From positions 1 through 17,712 of IMG/VR virus record IMGVR_UViG_2537561977_000021: a stretch of DNA of 17,712 bases; one strand, written 5' to 3'. This stretch comes from a virus (taxonomy: Duplodnaviria > Heunggongvirae > Uroviricota > Caudoviricetes). Both the position numbers and the translations under genes were made by a program. Below, piece after piece: positions 1 through 7,507 of the stretch (position 1 is its first letter; every line of letters begins with the position of its first letter). The notes beneath the pieces were generated by a model. It worked only from the letters and a program-made list of their open reading frames with translations, had not been told where the DNA came from and made no database searches.

Positions 1-366
1 TCATGCGCACCCCAGTTCTGTGATTTTTATCCCCAGCCGCCCACCAGGAACGAGCTGACCGCGCACAATATTGATTTCATCAAACTGCTCGTCGTCTATA
101 AGTAGTCCAGCATGCGTCAGCGCATCCAGCGGTGCCTTCAGGATATTGTCCAGGTCACGACGGCGCTTATCCGGTGGCTCTGCAATAATCTTTATCGCCA
201 GCCTTCCGGACAGGTTTAATTTCAGTCGCTGCTGGCGAACAATTAGCGCCACATCACGGCGATAACGCTCACCGGCTTTTGATACAAAATATGTGCTGCC
301 ACGACGTCGCCAGTAGGTGTTCACCGTTGGCGGGTAAGGCAAAACAAATTCTATGCGTTCGGTCAT
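1..366 (-). CDS. rusA: RusA-family Holliday junction resolvase (crossover junction endodeoxyribonuclease)
   Basis: Complete 121-aa ORF, ATG at 366-364, stop at 3-1. Size and sequence are RusA-like (recalled family). Stop of the upstream gene abuts its start (TAA-ATG). Confidence 0.75.
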   Translation of the reverse strand: MTERIEFVLPYPPTVNTYWRRRGSTYFVSKAGERYRRDVALIVRQQRLKLNLSGRLAIKIIAEPPDKRRRDLDNILKAPLDALTHAGLLIDDEQFDEINIVRGQLVPGGRLGIKITELGCA

Positions 367-1425
367 TTATGCTTTCCACTTCAGAACACCCGAATTTCTC
401 GCGTGCATTAAAAAACGAATCAGCAACAACAACTGACTACCGTGTTTTTCTTCAAAATCTTTTACCCCGGCGTGTAGTTCGTTATGGCATTTACGACACA
501 GCGGAATAACAAACAAATCGTCAGCCTTTGTTCCCATCCCTCCCAGTCCATGACCAATGATGTGGTGCGGATCATCTGCCTGATTGCCACACGTCATGCA
601 TTTCTGCGTTTTTACCCAGCGCGTGTATACAGGCATCTCTTCCCGTTGTGGTTTCTGGCGCTGGAGATACTGAGCCGGAGATTCCGGATCAACGGCAATG
701 CTGACCACCGTCTCTTCCTGTGGTGGATTCTGTTGCTGGTGGGCGTGAGGCAGCGGCGCAAGATTTTTTGTGCGCTGCTTCAGTATGCTGGTGGCGGTCT
801 GCTCTCCCGGCACGATGTCGCTTTCACGGTACATTGAGCGGATTTTTTCCGCACGCAACCCCAGCGAACGACGTAATACCGCTTCCGGTAGCGCGTCCGC
901 CACCTGATTGCGGACCGCCCACCAGGATAATTCAGCCAGAGATAATTCACGCTCCTGCGTACCGCTTATTGCGTGACCGATGACGTCAATCATCCATGCT
1001 GACAGGTTTTGATGAGCAAGTTGCTCGAGTGATTCGGATGTCTGGTCACGCAACTGGTTGTCGCAGTGCCAGCACAACACCATTGCGCCGGTACCATAAC
1101 GGTGAATGACGGTTTCGCTGTGATGATAATCGCCGTGTGGCCACTGGCAGGATTTAATATGGCGCAACAGCCAGTCAGACAATGCACCAGCACCACCAGC
1201 AGCACGAATCACCCGTGCGTTACTGAAAAACGGCAGCAATGTTTTGTCTTCCACTAGCGGCTGGCGAACGGCAGGAACGCCCCCGGACGGCAGATTACGC
1301 ATGCTTTTCGGTTCCGGCTCCACCAGTACCCGGGTATTGTGGAATACCGGCATGGATTCACGGCCTGGCTTAAGGACCACCAGCCCGAGTTCCGGAACCA
1401 GAACAGGTCGAAGTAATACCCGCAC
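367..1425 (-). CDS. ydfU: DUF968 (YdfU-like) prophage protein with C-terminal Cys/His-rich HNH-like motif
   Basis: 352-aa ORF. C-terminal motif CMTCG...HHIIGHGLGGMGTKADD...CRKCHNELH. Order hokD-rem-ydfU matches the Qin prophage. Start is GTG at 1425 four nt after GGAGGT; true start uncertain. Confidence 0.6.
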   Translation of the reverse strand: MRVLLRPVLVPELGLVVLKPGRESMPVFHNTRVLVEPEPKSMRNLPSGGVPAVRQPLVEDKTLLPFFSNARVIRAAGGAGALSDWLLRHIKSCQWPHGDYHHSETVIHRYGTGAMVLCWHCDNQLRDQTSESLEQLAHQNLSAWMIDVIGHAISGTQERELSLAELSWWAVRNQVADALPEAVLRRSLGLRAEKIRSMYRESDIVPGEQTATSILKQRTKNLAPLPHAHQQQNPPQEETVVSIAVDPESPAQYLQRQKPQREEMPVYTRWVKTQKCMTCGNQADDPHHIIGHGLGGMGTKADDLFVIPLCRKCHNELHAGVKDFEEKHGSQLLLLIRFLMHARNSGVLKWKA

Positions 1426-1426
1426 A

Positions 1427-1705
1427 TTACCTCCAGATCCGTTGCTGGAATGTGCAGGACGGACGCGGTGGCCGTTCGGAATAAGGGAGCCTGACGAAGA
1501 TTATCCAGTGACGATAATCGAGACTGAGGGCTTTCTTAATCTCGTATCCGTGTCTGCGGTAGCGCTGAATCAGCCATTCAGCCTGTTCTTCGGTGCAGGG
1601 GTCGTGCTGATACCAGTCAGATTTGAATGCATGAGAACGCCGCCCGTGCCTGCTGGCAGGGGCGGCAGAGTTATCCGAATTGTAAAATTTGGTATCGTGC
1701 GCCAT
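1427..1705 (-). CDS. small prophage protein, Rem-like by position between hokD and ydfU
   Basis: 92-aa ORF with ATG at 1705-1703, lying between the hok terminator and the DUF968 gene. Identity rests on synteny only; RBS is weak. Confidence 0.5.
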   Translation of the reverse strand: MAHDTKFYNSDNSAAPASRHGRRSHAFKSDWYQHDPCTEEQAEWLIQRYRRHGYEIKKALSLDYRHWIIFVRLPYSERPPRPSCTFQQRIWR

Positions 1706-1783
1706 CTGTTTTCTCTGCTGGCGCAGCAGGTGCCAGTTGTTCAGGCTGACGGATGGATTGTAAACCAGAACGACCAGAAAAAC

Positions 1784-1803
1784 AAAACCCGCCGAAGCGG
1801 GTT
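1784..1803 (-). terminator. Rho-independent terminator, probable 3' end of hokD mRNA
   Basis: On the minus strand AACCCGC-TTCG-GCGGGTT (7-bp stem) is followed by TTTTGTTTTT, about 70 nt downstream of the hokD stop. Confidence 0.6.
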
Positions 1804-1871
1804 AAGTGCGGGTGCGTTGAGGATGCCTGACACATCAGCGGTGGCGAGGGATTTCTCCCCCGCCGGGTCTC

Positions 1872-2027
1872 TTACTCCTCAGGTTCGTAAGCTGTGAAGA
1901 CAGCGACCTCCGTCTGGCCGGTTCGGATTCGTACCTCGCAGAGGTCTTTCCTCGTTACCAGTGCCGTCACTATGACGGTTAAACAGATGACGATAAGGGC
2001 GATTAACATCGCCTTTTGCTGCTTCAT
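1872..2027 (-). CDS. hokD: Hok-family type I toxin HokD (RelF), 51 aa
   Basis: MKQQKAMLIALIVICLTVIVTALVTRKDLCEVRIRTGQTEVAVFTAYEPEE matches HokD as recalled. An in-frame upstream ATG at 2084 gives a mok-like leader ORF. The leader resembles the plasmid R1 hok mRNA leader (GGUGCUUGAGGC..., AGCCUCUUAC...CAAGGAGAAG). Confidence 0.9.
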   Translation of the reverse strand: MKQQKAMLIALIVICLTVIVTALVTRKDLCEVRIRTGQTEVAVFTAYEPEE

Positions 2028-2076
2028 AGCCTGCTTCTCCTTGCCTTTCGGCACGTAAGAGGCTAACCTACATGTG

Positions 2077-2161
2077 TTCAGCATGGATTGAGCCTCAGAT
2101 TAATGTTAAGCGTCTTGCAGGACGCGTAATGTTAACTGGGGCTTTTCTCTATCTGCCTTTT
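2077..2161 (+). ncRNA. putative Sok-like antisense RNA of the hokD locus
   Basis: Plus-strand promoter-like TTGCCT (2041-2046), 17-bp spacer, TAACCT (2064-2069). The transcript would be antisense to the mok start (2082-2084) and end near the T-run at 2158-2161. Placement is by analogy with hok/sok of R1; ends are approximate. Confidence 0.3.
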
Positions 2162-2203
2162 GGTGTTCATGCCTGAGACAGATAGCCTCAAGCACCCGCA
2201 GTC

Positions 2204-2231
2204 ATTCTACTTAACTAAGATTTCCCTGCAA
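2204..2231 (-). promoter_or_regulatory. putative hokD promoter (-35 TTGCAG, 16-bp spacer, -10 TAGAAT)
   Basis: On the minus strand TTGCAG (2231-2226) and TAGAAT (2209-2204) lie about 7 nt upstream of the GGTGCTTGAGGC leader start near 2196. It is intact, 46 bp from the IS600 left end. Confidence 0.4.
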
Positions 2232-2340
2232 ACCGTTTTTGTCCGGCACAGTAAATATCCAACTAAACCAATAGCGTGAGGTAGCCTGAGTTTAACGGAC
2301 ACTCCTTCCTGAAATAGAATGGCATCAGAAGGAGCTAATA

Positions 2341-2643
2341 ATGAGCAGAAAAACCCAACGTTACTCTAAAGAGTTCAAAGCCGAAGCTGTCAGAACGGTT
2401 CTTGAAAATCAACTTTCGATCAGTGAAGGCGCTTCCCGATTATCCCTTCCTGAAGGCACTTTAGGACAATGGGTTACCGCCGCCAGAAAAGGGCTCGGTA
2501 CTCCTGGTTCCCGCACGGTGGCTGAACTGGAATCTGAAATTCTGCAACTGCGTAAGGCGTTAAATGAAGCTCGCCTTGAGCGAGATATATTAAAAAAAGC
2601 AACAGCGTATTTTGCACAGGAGTCGCTGAAAAATACGCGTTAA
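2341..2643 (+). CDS. IS3-family (IS600) transposase OrfA, HTH DNA-binding
   Basis: 100-aa ORF MSRKTQRYSKEFKAEAV... with a leucine-zipper-like C-terminus. Slippery site A AAA AAA G at 2592-2599 near its 3' end. Confidence 0.85.
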   Translation: MSRKTQRYSKEFKAEAVRTVLENQLSISEGASRLSLPEGTLGQWVTAARKGLGTPGSRTVAELESEILQLRKALNEARLERDILKKATAYFAQESLKNTR

Positions 2644-2678
2644 TCGAACAATGGCGACAACAATTTCCCATTGAAGCG

Positions 2679-3497
2679 ATGTGTCAGGTATTTGGTGTAT
2701 CCAGGAGCGGTTATTACAACTGGGTACAGCATGAACCCTCAGACAGAAAACAAAGTGATGAGCGGCTAAAACTGGAGATTAAGGTGGCACATATCCGCAC
2801 TCGCGAAACATATGGAACCCGGCGGCTCCAGACGGAGCTGGCAGAGAATGGCATCATCGTTGGTCGTGACCGACTGGCACGTCTTCGTAAGGAGCTAAGG
2901 CTACGCTGTAAGCAGAAACGCAAGTTCAGAGCGACTACGAACTCGAACCACAATCTGCCAGTTGCGCCAAATCTGCTGAACCAGACGTTCGCTCCTACAG
3001 CACCAAATCAGGTCTGGGTGGCGGACCTGACGTATGTTGCCACACAGGAGGGATGGTTGTACCTCGCTGGCATCAAAGATGTTTATACGTGCGAAATTGT
3101 CGGCTACGCCATGGGAGAGCGCATGACAAAAGAGCTGACAGGTAAAGCCCTGTTTATGGCGCTCAGGAGCCAGCGCCCACCTGCCGGGCTAATCCACCAC
3201 TCTGATCGAGGTTCACAGTACTGCGCATACGATTACCGGGTCATACAGGAGCAGTTTGGTCTGAAAACATCAATGTCGCGTAAAGGTAACTGTTACGACA
3301 ACGCTCCGATGGAAAGCTTCTGGGGAACGCTGAAAAATGAGAGCCTGAGCCACTATCGTTTTAATAACCGGGATGAAGCCATCTCAGTAATACGGGAATA
3401 CATTGAGATTTTCTACAATCGTCAGCGTCGTCACTCTCGTCTGGGGAATATCTCCCCGGCAGCCTTCAGGGAAAAATATCATCAGATGGCTGCTTAA
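2679..3497 (+). CDS. IS3-family (IS600) transposase OrfB, DDE catalytic domain; made as an OrfAB fusion by -1 frameshift
   Basis: 272 aa from the first ATG. The frame is open upstream to the slippery site (reads ...KYALIEQWRQQFPIEAMCQVFGVSRSGYY). DDE integrase-core motifs present (WVADLTY, HSDRGSQY, YDNAPMESFWGTLK). Confidence 0.85.
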   Translation: MCQVFGVSRSGYYNWVQHEPSDRKQSDERLKLEIKVAHIRTRETYGTRRLQTELAENGIIVGRDRLARLRKELRLRCKQKRKFRATTNSNHNLPVAPNLLNQTFAPTAPNQVWVADLTYVATQEGWLYLAGIKDVYTCEIVGYAMGERMTKELTGKALFMALRSQRPPAGLIHHSDRGSQYCAYDYRVIQEQFGLKTSMSRKGNCYDNAPMESFWGTLKNESLSHYRFNNRDEAISVIREYIEIFYNRQRRHSRLGNISPAAFREKYHQMAA

Positions 3498-3553
3498 AAA
3501 AAGAACAAATGGTAGTGTCCGCTATTGCCAGTACACCTCAGCGTTCGCTGTAT

Positions 3554-3733
3554 TTACCGCCAGTATTCAATGCACATGACCGCCATGAACACCCCTAAAA
3601 AAAGGGCATTTATATGTCCAAACATTAATATCAAAACATCAATTTTTTCCATATACCTTGCTGTGAAGATGATGGGCATACATGATGCGAACAACCAGAA
3701 CGCAACAAACAAAAACTGCAATGCGTTTTTCAT
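3554..3733 (-). CDS. small hydrophobic protein (59 aa, about two predicted TM helices), hypothetical
   Basis: ATG at 3733 is preceded by GTAGGGGGAATA (strong SD, about 4-nt spacing). Product MKNALQFLFVAFWLFASCMPIIFTARYMEKIDVLILMFGHINALFLGVFMAVMCIEYWR. AT-rich context; stop is 14 bp from the IS600 right end. Confidence 0.35.
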   Translation of the reverse strand: MKNALQFLFVAFWLFASCMPIIFTARYMEKIDVLILMFGHINALFLGVFMAVMCIEYWR

Positions 3734-3945
3734 TATTCCCCCTACAATCAATGTGCAATAACATTTAAACACACCTCAATTTGGCCGGACATATAAATAT
3801 CTAAACCAGAAAAAATCACTTACATAGCGTTACAAACTCTTTAGTCTAAATACTCATCGTAAAACATTCCCCATACTTATCAGTCCGTTCCGCGCCAGGT
3901 AGCTTATTGCCTTATCTGGCAACCTATAATCAGGTTTCCGCTTTT

Positions 3946-4368
3946 TCAGTTGGCTGGTCGTTTAACCGACATAGTTAACCCATTAATCTGGTTGCCGGAT
4001 GCTGGTGGATTTTCGCGTTTTAGTTGTTCATAAAAGTGCACAGCTTTAACCAGTTCTTCTGATGTAACCGGGACTGGTGGGGCAGTGAATAAGGCCTGAA
4101 TTTCATAGTTCGGCCTGTCGTTACAATCCTCTTTTTTCGGTACATATTTCCAGTCACCAACCCACAACTCCCCCTGAGAGTCCATAACACCTTTTTTCAC
4201 GTAGCGATATCGCCACGCTATCGGCTCTGCTTCCAGCGATGCCCGTGCAATTTTGAATAACTCGCCCTCTACTCGCGCCATCCCTGAATTGGGGTGGCAT
4301 TTCGTAATCGCTATTTTTAATTTGGCTTCTTCGATTAATTGTTCTTTTGTTAATTCAGTCATTTTCAT
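3946..4368 (-). CDS. hypothetical prophage protein (nin-region), 140 aa
   Basis: ORF with ATG at 4368 or 4362. Position and N-terminal charged helix suggest an Ead/Ea22-like protein, unconfirmed. A hairpin CCGCC-CTTTCA-GGCGG lies just upstream. Confidence 0.55.
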   Translation of the reverse strand: MKMTELTKEQLIEEAKLKIAITKCHPNSGMARVEGELFKIARASLEAEPIAWRYRYVKKGVMDSQGELWVGDWKYVPKKEDCNDRPNYEIQALFTAPPVPVTSEELVKAVHFYEQLKRENPPASGNQINGLTMSVKRPAN

Positions 4369-4458
4369 TACCGCCCTTTCAGGCGGCCTCCTGATGTTCT
4401 GAGGGTGCAGAAATCCCTCCGGTTAAGGATTAAATTTTATTTGCTGTGCTAAATTTAA

Positions 4459-4914
4459 TTATTCAGTTTTTATTCCTGCTCTCAAAACAGCCTCTGCCAT
4501 TCTGATATCCGGATTTTCTGAAATCATCTTTTCCGGCGAGTCGCAATCACCACCACATTCAGTTATGCGTTCATGACCAAAACGAATTGTGGTTTTGTGC
4601 GCATTAATCATTTGTGTAAGCGCATCTGTCAATTCTGCAATGCGTTTGTCTTTAACTTCCAGCTCTTTCAGTAAAGCCAGTACGTCAGGATCGCTAACAT
4701 CAACGACGGTTACGCGCGATTTCAGGTAATGCTCATCCGCAAAAGTTCGACCAGTTTTAAAATATCCATCATCCCCCTCACCTGTGCAGGCATACACAAT
4801 ATGCGTTCTGGAAAATATGCGCTGTATCGACATTTCATCGCCACAAACAGGACATTCCGGCACCTGAATTGGTGAATAACGTTCACGTAATGCCTGGTAA
4901 TTAGTCTTGCACAC
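4459..4914 (-). CDS. hypothetical prophage protein with CxxC zinc-ribbon-like motifs, 151 aa
   Basis: GTG start at 4914 preceded by AGGAG (7-nt spacing). CPVCG and ECGGDCD motifs plus a coiled-coil-like segment. Overlaps the upstream gene by 14 nt (operon). Confidence 0.55.
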   Translation of the reverse strand: MCKTNYQALRERYSPIQVPECPVCGDEMSIQRIFSRTHIVYACTGEGDDGYFKTGRTFADEHYLKSRVTVVDVSDPDVLALLKELEVKDKRIAELTDALTQMINAHKTTIRFGHERITECGGDCDSPEKMISENPDIRMAEAVLRAGIKTE

Positions 4915-5206
4915 TGGCTGTCTCCTGAAAAATCACCGCATGCCCCAGTTTCTCCGCCAGCGCCAGTTCTGCCTTAGCGCCTGCTGACCGCTGCCAGCCT
5001 TTCAGCATGTAAATCGCATCCACACAACGAATCATCGCCATGCAGATATCCATGTACTGCGGCTGTGTCAGCCCGTCCGGAAGTACTGCCGGGTTTAAGA
5101 CGGTATGCCCTTCCCGTTTCAGTTCCTCTTCCGCATTGTGAAACGCCTCACGGTTGAAATTTTTATACCCGGTCATTGGACCGGCGATATAGACTCTCAC
5201 CCTCAC
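4901..5206 (-). CDS. DUF4406 family protein (nucleoside 2-deoxyribosyltransferase-like fold)
   Basis: 101 aa starting MRVRVYIAGPMTGY...NREAFHNAEEELKREGHTVLNP, typical of DUF4406 as recalled. GTG start overlaps the upstream stop (GTGA) with AGGAGG 7 nt upstream. Confidence 0.7.
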   Translation of the reverse strand: MRVRVYIAGPMTGYKNFNREAFHNAEEELKREGHTVLNPAVLPDGLTQPQYMDICMAMIRCVDAIYMLKGWQRSAGAKAELALAEKLGHAVIFQETASVQD

Positions 5207-5664
5207 GCCATCACCTCCTGAAAATTACCCTGATAAAACGACAATATGCGCTGCATAACTTCGCTCTTCCGGCACTCGCGACAGATTATGTTTAGGCGAC
5301 TGTCGTAGCGACGTATTTCTCCGTCAGGTAATGACCAGATAAGGTCCGGATCAACCGCAGATGGTTTCTTCAGCTTTGCCCTTGAGAGCTTTTTACGGGC
5401 ATTTTGCCAGTCCTTACGCGCCTGTTCAGACGGGAATAACCCGTAACCAGAGTTGTATACATCGCCACTGGCAACCAGCTCTCTGGCCAGAACGCTCATC
5501 AGATATCTTGTTGCCCCAGTTTTAGCTTCCAGTTGTCGTAACGTCTCGCGCCCACTCTGGCGTACGAGTTCAAGAACCTGCCCTTTAATTTTTCCCGCTC
5601 TTCTTGTGTAAAAACTTTTGCCACAAGCCCTCCTGAAAATTACCTCATGACCAGAAATTAACAC
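5203..5664 (-). CDS. hypothetical prophage protein, possible winged-helix DNA-binding, 153 aa
   Basis: ORF translationally coupled to the replication gene (stop TAA 5667-5665, GTG 5664, AGGGGG SD). Function unknown. Confidence 0.5.
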   Translation of the reverse strand: MLISGHEVIFRRACGKSFYTRRAGKIKGQVLELVRQSGRETLRQLEAKTGATRYLMSVLARELVASGDVYNSGYGLFPSEQARKDWQNARKKLSRAKLKKPSAVDPDLIWSLPDGEIRRYDSRLNIICRECRKSEVMQRILSFYQGNFQEVMA

Positions 5665-6606
5665 TTACCCCCTGAAGCCCGGCGGAATTTCGTTATCCGG
5701 TTCAGAAATATGATTCACACAACGCTGGTTGTTCGTGCCGCTTACCGGGAGCAACCAGGGGTTCTCAAAATTCCGGTCCGGTCCAAAAAACGTCGTCGCT
5801 CGCTGAACAAATTCCGTTCCCGTTTTCCCGGTAGCCGCCAGGTATCTTGCGTAACGCCTCACGCCATCCAGCATGGCCTCTGGTGGCACCCCCTCGCGTA
5901 ATCTGGCCTTCCAGGCACTGAAAGCGGATTTCTTCGGGTTTGCCCCGGCACGCAACGGGTACTCCCGCCAGACCTGTTCGAACACATCCGGATAATCCAC
6001 TCGTCCCACAGACTGCCCGGTTTTTTCCGGGACTACCCGATCGGCTTCCCGCTGAATGGCGGAATCGGCTTCAGGCTGCTGCAGTTGGTGTGATTGCTCC
6101 GGCCTTGCGGTCATCACCTGCTGCACAGCGCCCGAATCGGCTTTCAGCGCATACGCTGAATCGGCTTCCGGTGTCGTGCCTGCTGGCTGACCAGGATTGA
6201 CGGTCTGAACATCCCCTGCCTGGTTCGTGGCGATTTTTTCGCCATGAACCATAGTGTTTTTGTCCTGTTCCTGTTCTTTCTCCTGTTCCTGTTCTTGGCT
6301 TCGAAGCCCCTTTAAAGCCCCTTCGAAGCCCCTTACCGTATTTCGGTTGTTATTTCGCCTTACATCCAGATGAAAATCCGTCTTATATCTGTCATAAAAC
6401 GCTGAAAGAAAAGCGTTTTCAGGTAATGACGCATATTCACTCCTGACACCTGCACAACGGTTATCGCCAGGCTTTAACTTTCCCCCAACCTGCCAGGCTG
6501 CCATTTCATGGACCCAGACCATCTCGGAATCATGGTCATAACTGCAAAAACCCACTTCGACAGCCCTTCGAAGCCCCTTCCGGACCAAGCCCGGTTTCAT
6601 GAGCAA
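5665..6606 (-). CDS. phage replication protein, C-terminal portion (phage conserved C-terminal domain, Phg_2220_C-like)
   Basis: 313-aa ORF. C-terminus DVFEQVWREYPLRAGANPKKSAFSAWKARL...YARYLAATGKTG...FFGPDRNFENPW matches the conserved replication-protein C-terminal domain as recalled. Contains an EQEQEKEQEQ linker and the iterons. Frame differs from the N-terminal piece. Confidence 0.6.
   Translation of the reverse strand: MLMKPGLVRKGLRRAVEVGFCSYDHDSEMVWVHEMAAWQVGGKLKPGDNRCAGVRSEYASLPENAFLSAFYDRYKTDFHLDVRRNNNRNTVRGFEGALKGLRSQEQEQEKEQEQDKNTMVHGEKIATNQAGDVQTVNPGQPAGTTPEADSAYALKADSGAVQQVMTARPEQSHQLQQPEADSAIQREADRVVPEKTGQSVGRVDYPDVFEQVWREYPLRAGANPKKSAFSAWKARLREGVPPEAMLDGVRRYARYLAATGKTGTEFVQRATTFFGPDRNFENPWLLPVSGTNNQRCVNHISEPDNEIPPGFRG
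6299..6333. repeat. three tandem 11-bp iteron-like repeats (TTCGAAGCCCC / TTTAAAGCCCC / TTCGAAGCCCC) inside the replication gene
   Basis: Direct tandem repeats read directly from the sequence. A second cluster (TTCGACAGCCC, TTCGAAGCCCC) lies at 6556-6577. Confidence 0.7.
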
Positions 6607-6763
6607 GGTACAAAACCGGCAGGTAATACAGGCCCAGCATGTTTGCGTGAGGGGATGTCATCAGGTAAAAAGCAACCACCTGCGCTTCTGCGCCTGCCTT
6701 TCTGAGTTCTTTCCCCGTTTCTCCCAGCCAGAATCGCGGGGAAACTTTTGCGTAATCACGCAT
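6536..6763 (-). CDS. phage replication protein, N-terminal fragment (separated from downstream part by frameshift)
   Basis: ATG at 6763 preceded by GAGGTGG (about 4-nt spacing). N-terminus MRDYAKVSPRFWLGETGKELRKAG...VVAFYLMTSP is typical of replisome-organizer N-terminal domains. Ends at a TGA inside the second iteron cluster; the +1 frame continues as the 313-aa ORF. Confidence 0.5.
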   Translation of the reverse strand: MRDYAKVSPRFWLGETGKELRKAGAEAQVVAFYLMTSPHANMLGLYYLPVLYLAHETGLGPEGASKGCRSGFLQL

Positions 6764-6984
6764 GTCCACCTCATCTGGTGCCGAACCTTCCTCCGGATAT
6801 AATCTGTGATTCCCCAATCAACAGAACCAGAGGAGGTTCGACATGTCTTTTTTGAAAAGCCTTTATCGGGCTCATATATTAAAAGTTGCAGCAACAAATC
6901 ACTGGCAAGAAGGAACAGATGAAATGTTGCCGGATTACCGGGCATGGCTGCGCGCCGAAACATACCTTCGTCTCGATATGCTGA

Positions 6985-7494
6985 TTAACGATCTTCAAAA
7001 AGAGGCTCCATCCACTCAAACCCTTCAGGGTGTCGGCGCTGTTCGCGTTCTGGTATCTCGCCATAACGCTCTCTCAGTAACTGAAGTGCGTCAGCTTTCT
7101 TTTGCTGAACTGATTTTCTTGCTTCAGCCAGCTCTGGAATCAGTGAATATCCCATCGGAGGTGTTCCGGTATCCGCCCCACGTGAACCAACAGCTACAAG
7201 CTGCACAAGACAACAGGCATGCTGGATTGACTCCCTGCTCAGAGGCTGAATGGGATCATTCTCTGCTGAAGAGATACCAAGATTTGTATAATCCTCAATA
7301 AGCCGGGCGCACGCTTCAGCATCAGCCAGTTTTTTTCTGGTTTCCTTGCGCTGTTCTCTGACGGACAAACGCCAGAGCAGCGCATTGGCTTTATGCATCA
7401 GCCACTCTGCCAGTTCCACATCAGATAAACCGCCACGCCAGATGTGTGGACTGTTTTCGTAAACGCTCAGTGTCAGTTTTTTGTCATTGGTCAT
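6985..7494 (-). CDS. hypothetical early-operon protein, 169 aa
   Basis: ATG at 7494 lies 13 nt after the YdaT-like stop, in the same direction as the cro operon. First-codon-position G enrichment favours this strand. An antisense plus-strand ORF (6843-7301) with a strong RBS overlaps it, so the call is uncertain. Confidence 0.4.
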   Translation of the reverse strand: MTNDKKLTLSVYENSPHIWRGGLSDVELAEWLMHKANALLWRLSVREQRKETRKKLADAEACARLIEDYTNLGISSAENDPIQPLSRESIQHACCLVQLVAVGSRGADTGTPPMGYSLIPELAEARKSVQQKKADALQLLRERYGEIPEREQRRHPEGFEWMEPLFEDR

Positions 7495-7507
7495 ATTTAT
7501 TGCCCCG

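Larger units (their letters stand above)
2277..3540 (+). mobile_element. IS600 (IS3 family) insertion sequence, 1264 bp, complete
   Basis: Ends TGAGGTAGCCTGAG...CGGACACTCC (left) and GGTAGTGTCCG...ACACCTCA (right) form imperfect terminal inverted repeats with TGA/TCA termini. A 3-bp direct repeat GCG flanks it (2274-2276 and 3541-3543). It carries orfA/orfB with a slippery A7G. Confidence 0.85.

Noticed and set aside
484-1897. Plus-strand ORFs 484-837, 720-983, 1066-1257 and 1244-1897
   Set aside because: All are antisense to the better-supported minus-strand DUF968 and rem-like genes; they lack RBSs and have biased, low-complexity translations.
2474-2953. Minus-strand ORFs inside IS600 (2474-2671 and 2714-2953)
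   Set aside because: They are antisense to the well-defined IS600 orfA/orfB, with no independent support.
3525-3761. Plus-strand ORF 3525-3761 spanning the IS600 right end
   Set aside because: It starts inside the IS terminal repeat and is antisense to the better-supported small membrane ORF, with no RBS.
6299-6577. 11-bp tandem repeats considered as a CRISPR array
   Set aside because: Units are 11 bp and directly tandem with no spacers, lie inside a replication gene, and no cas genes are present; they fit origin iterons.
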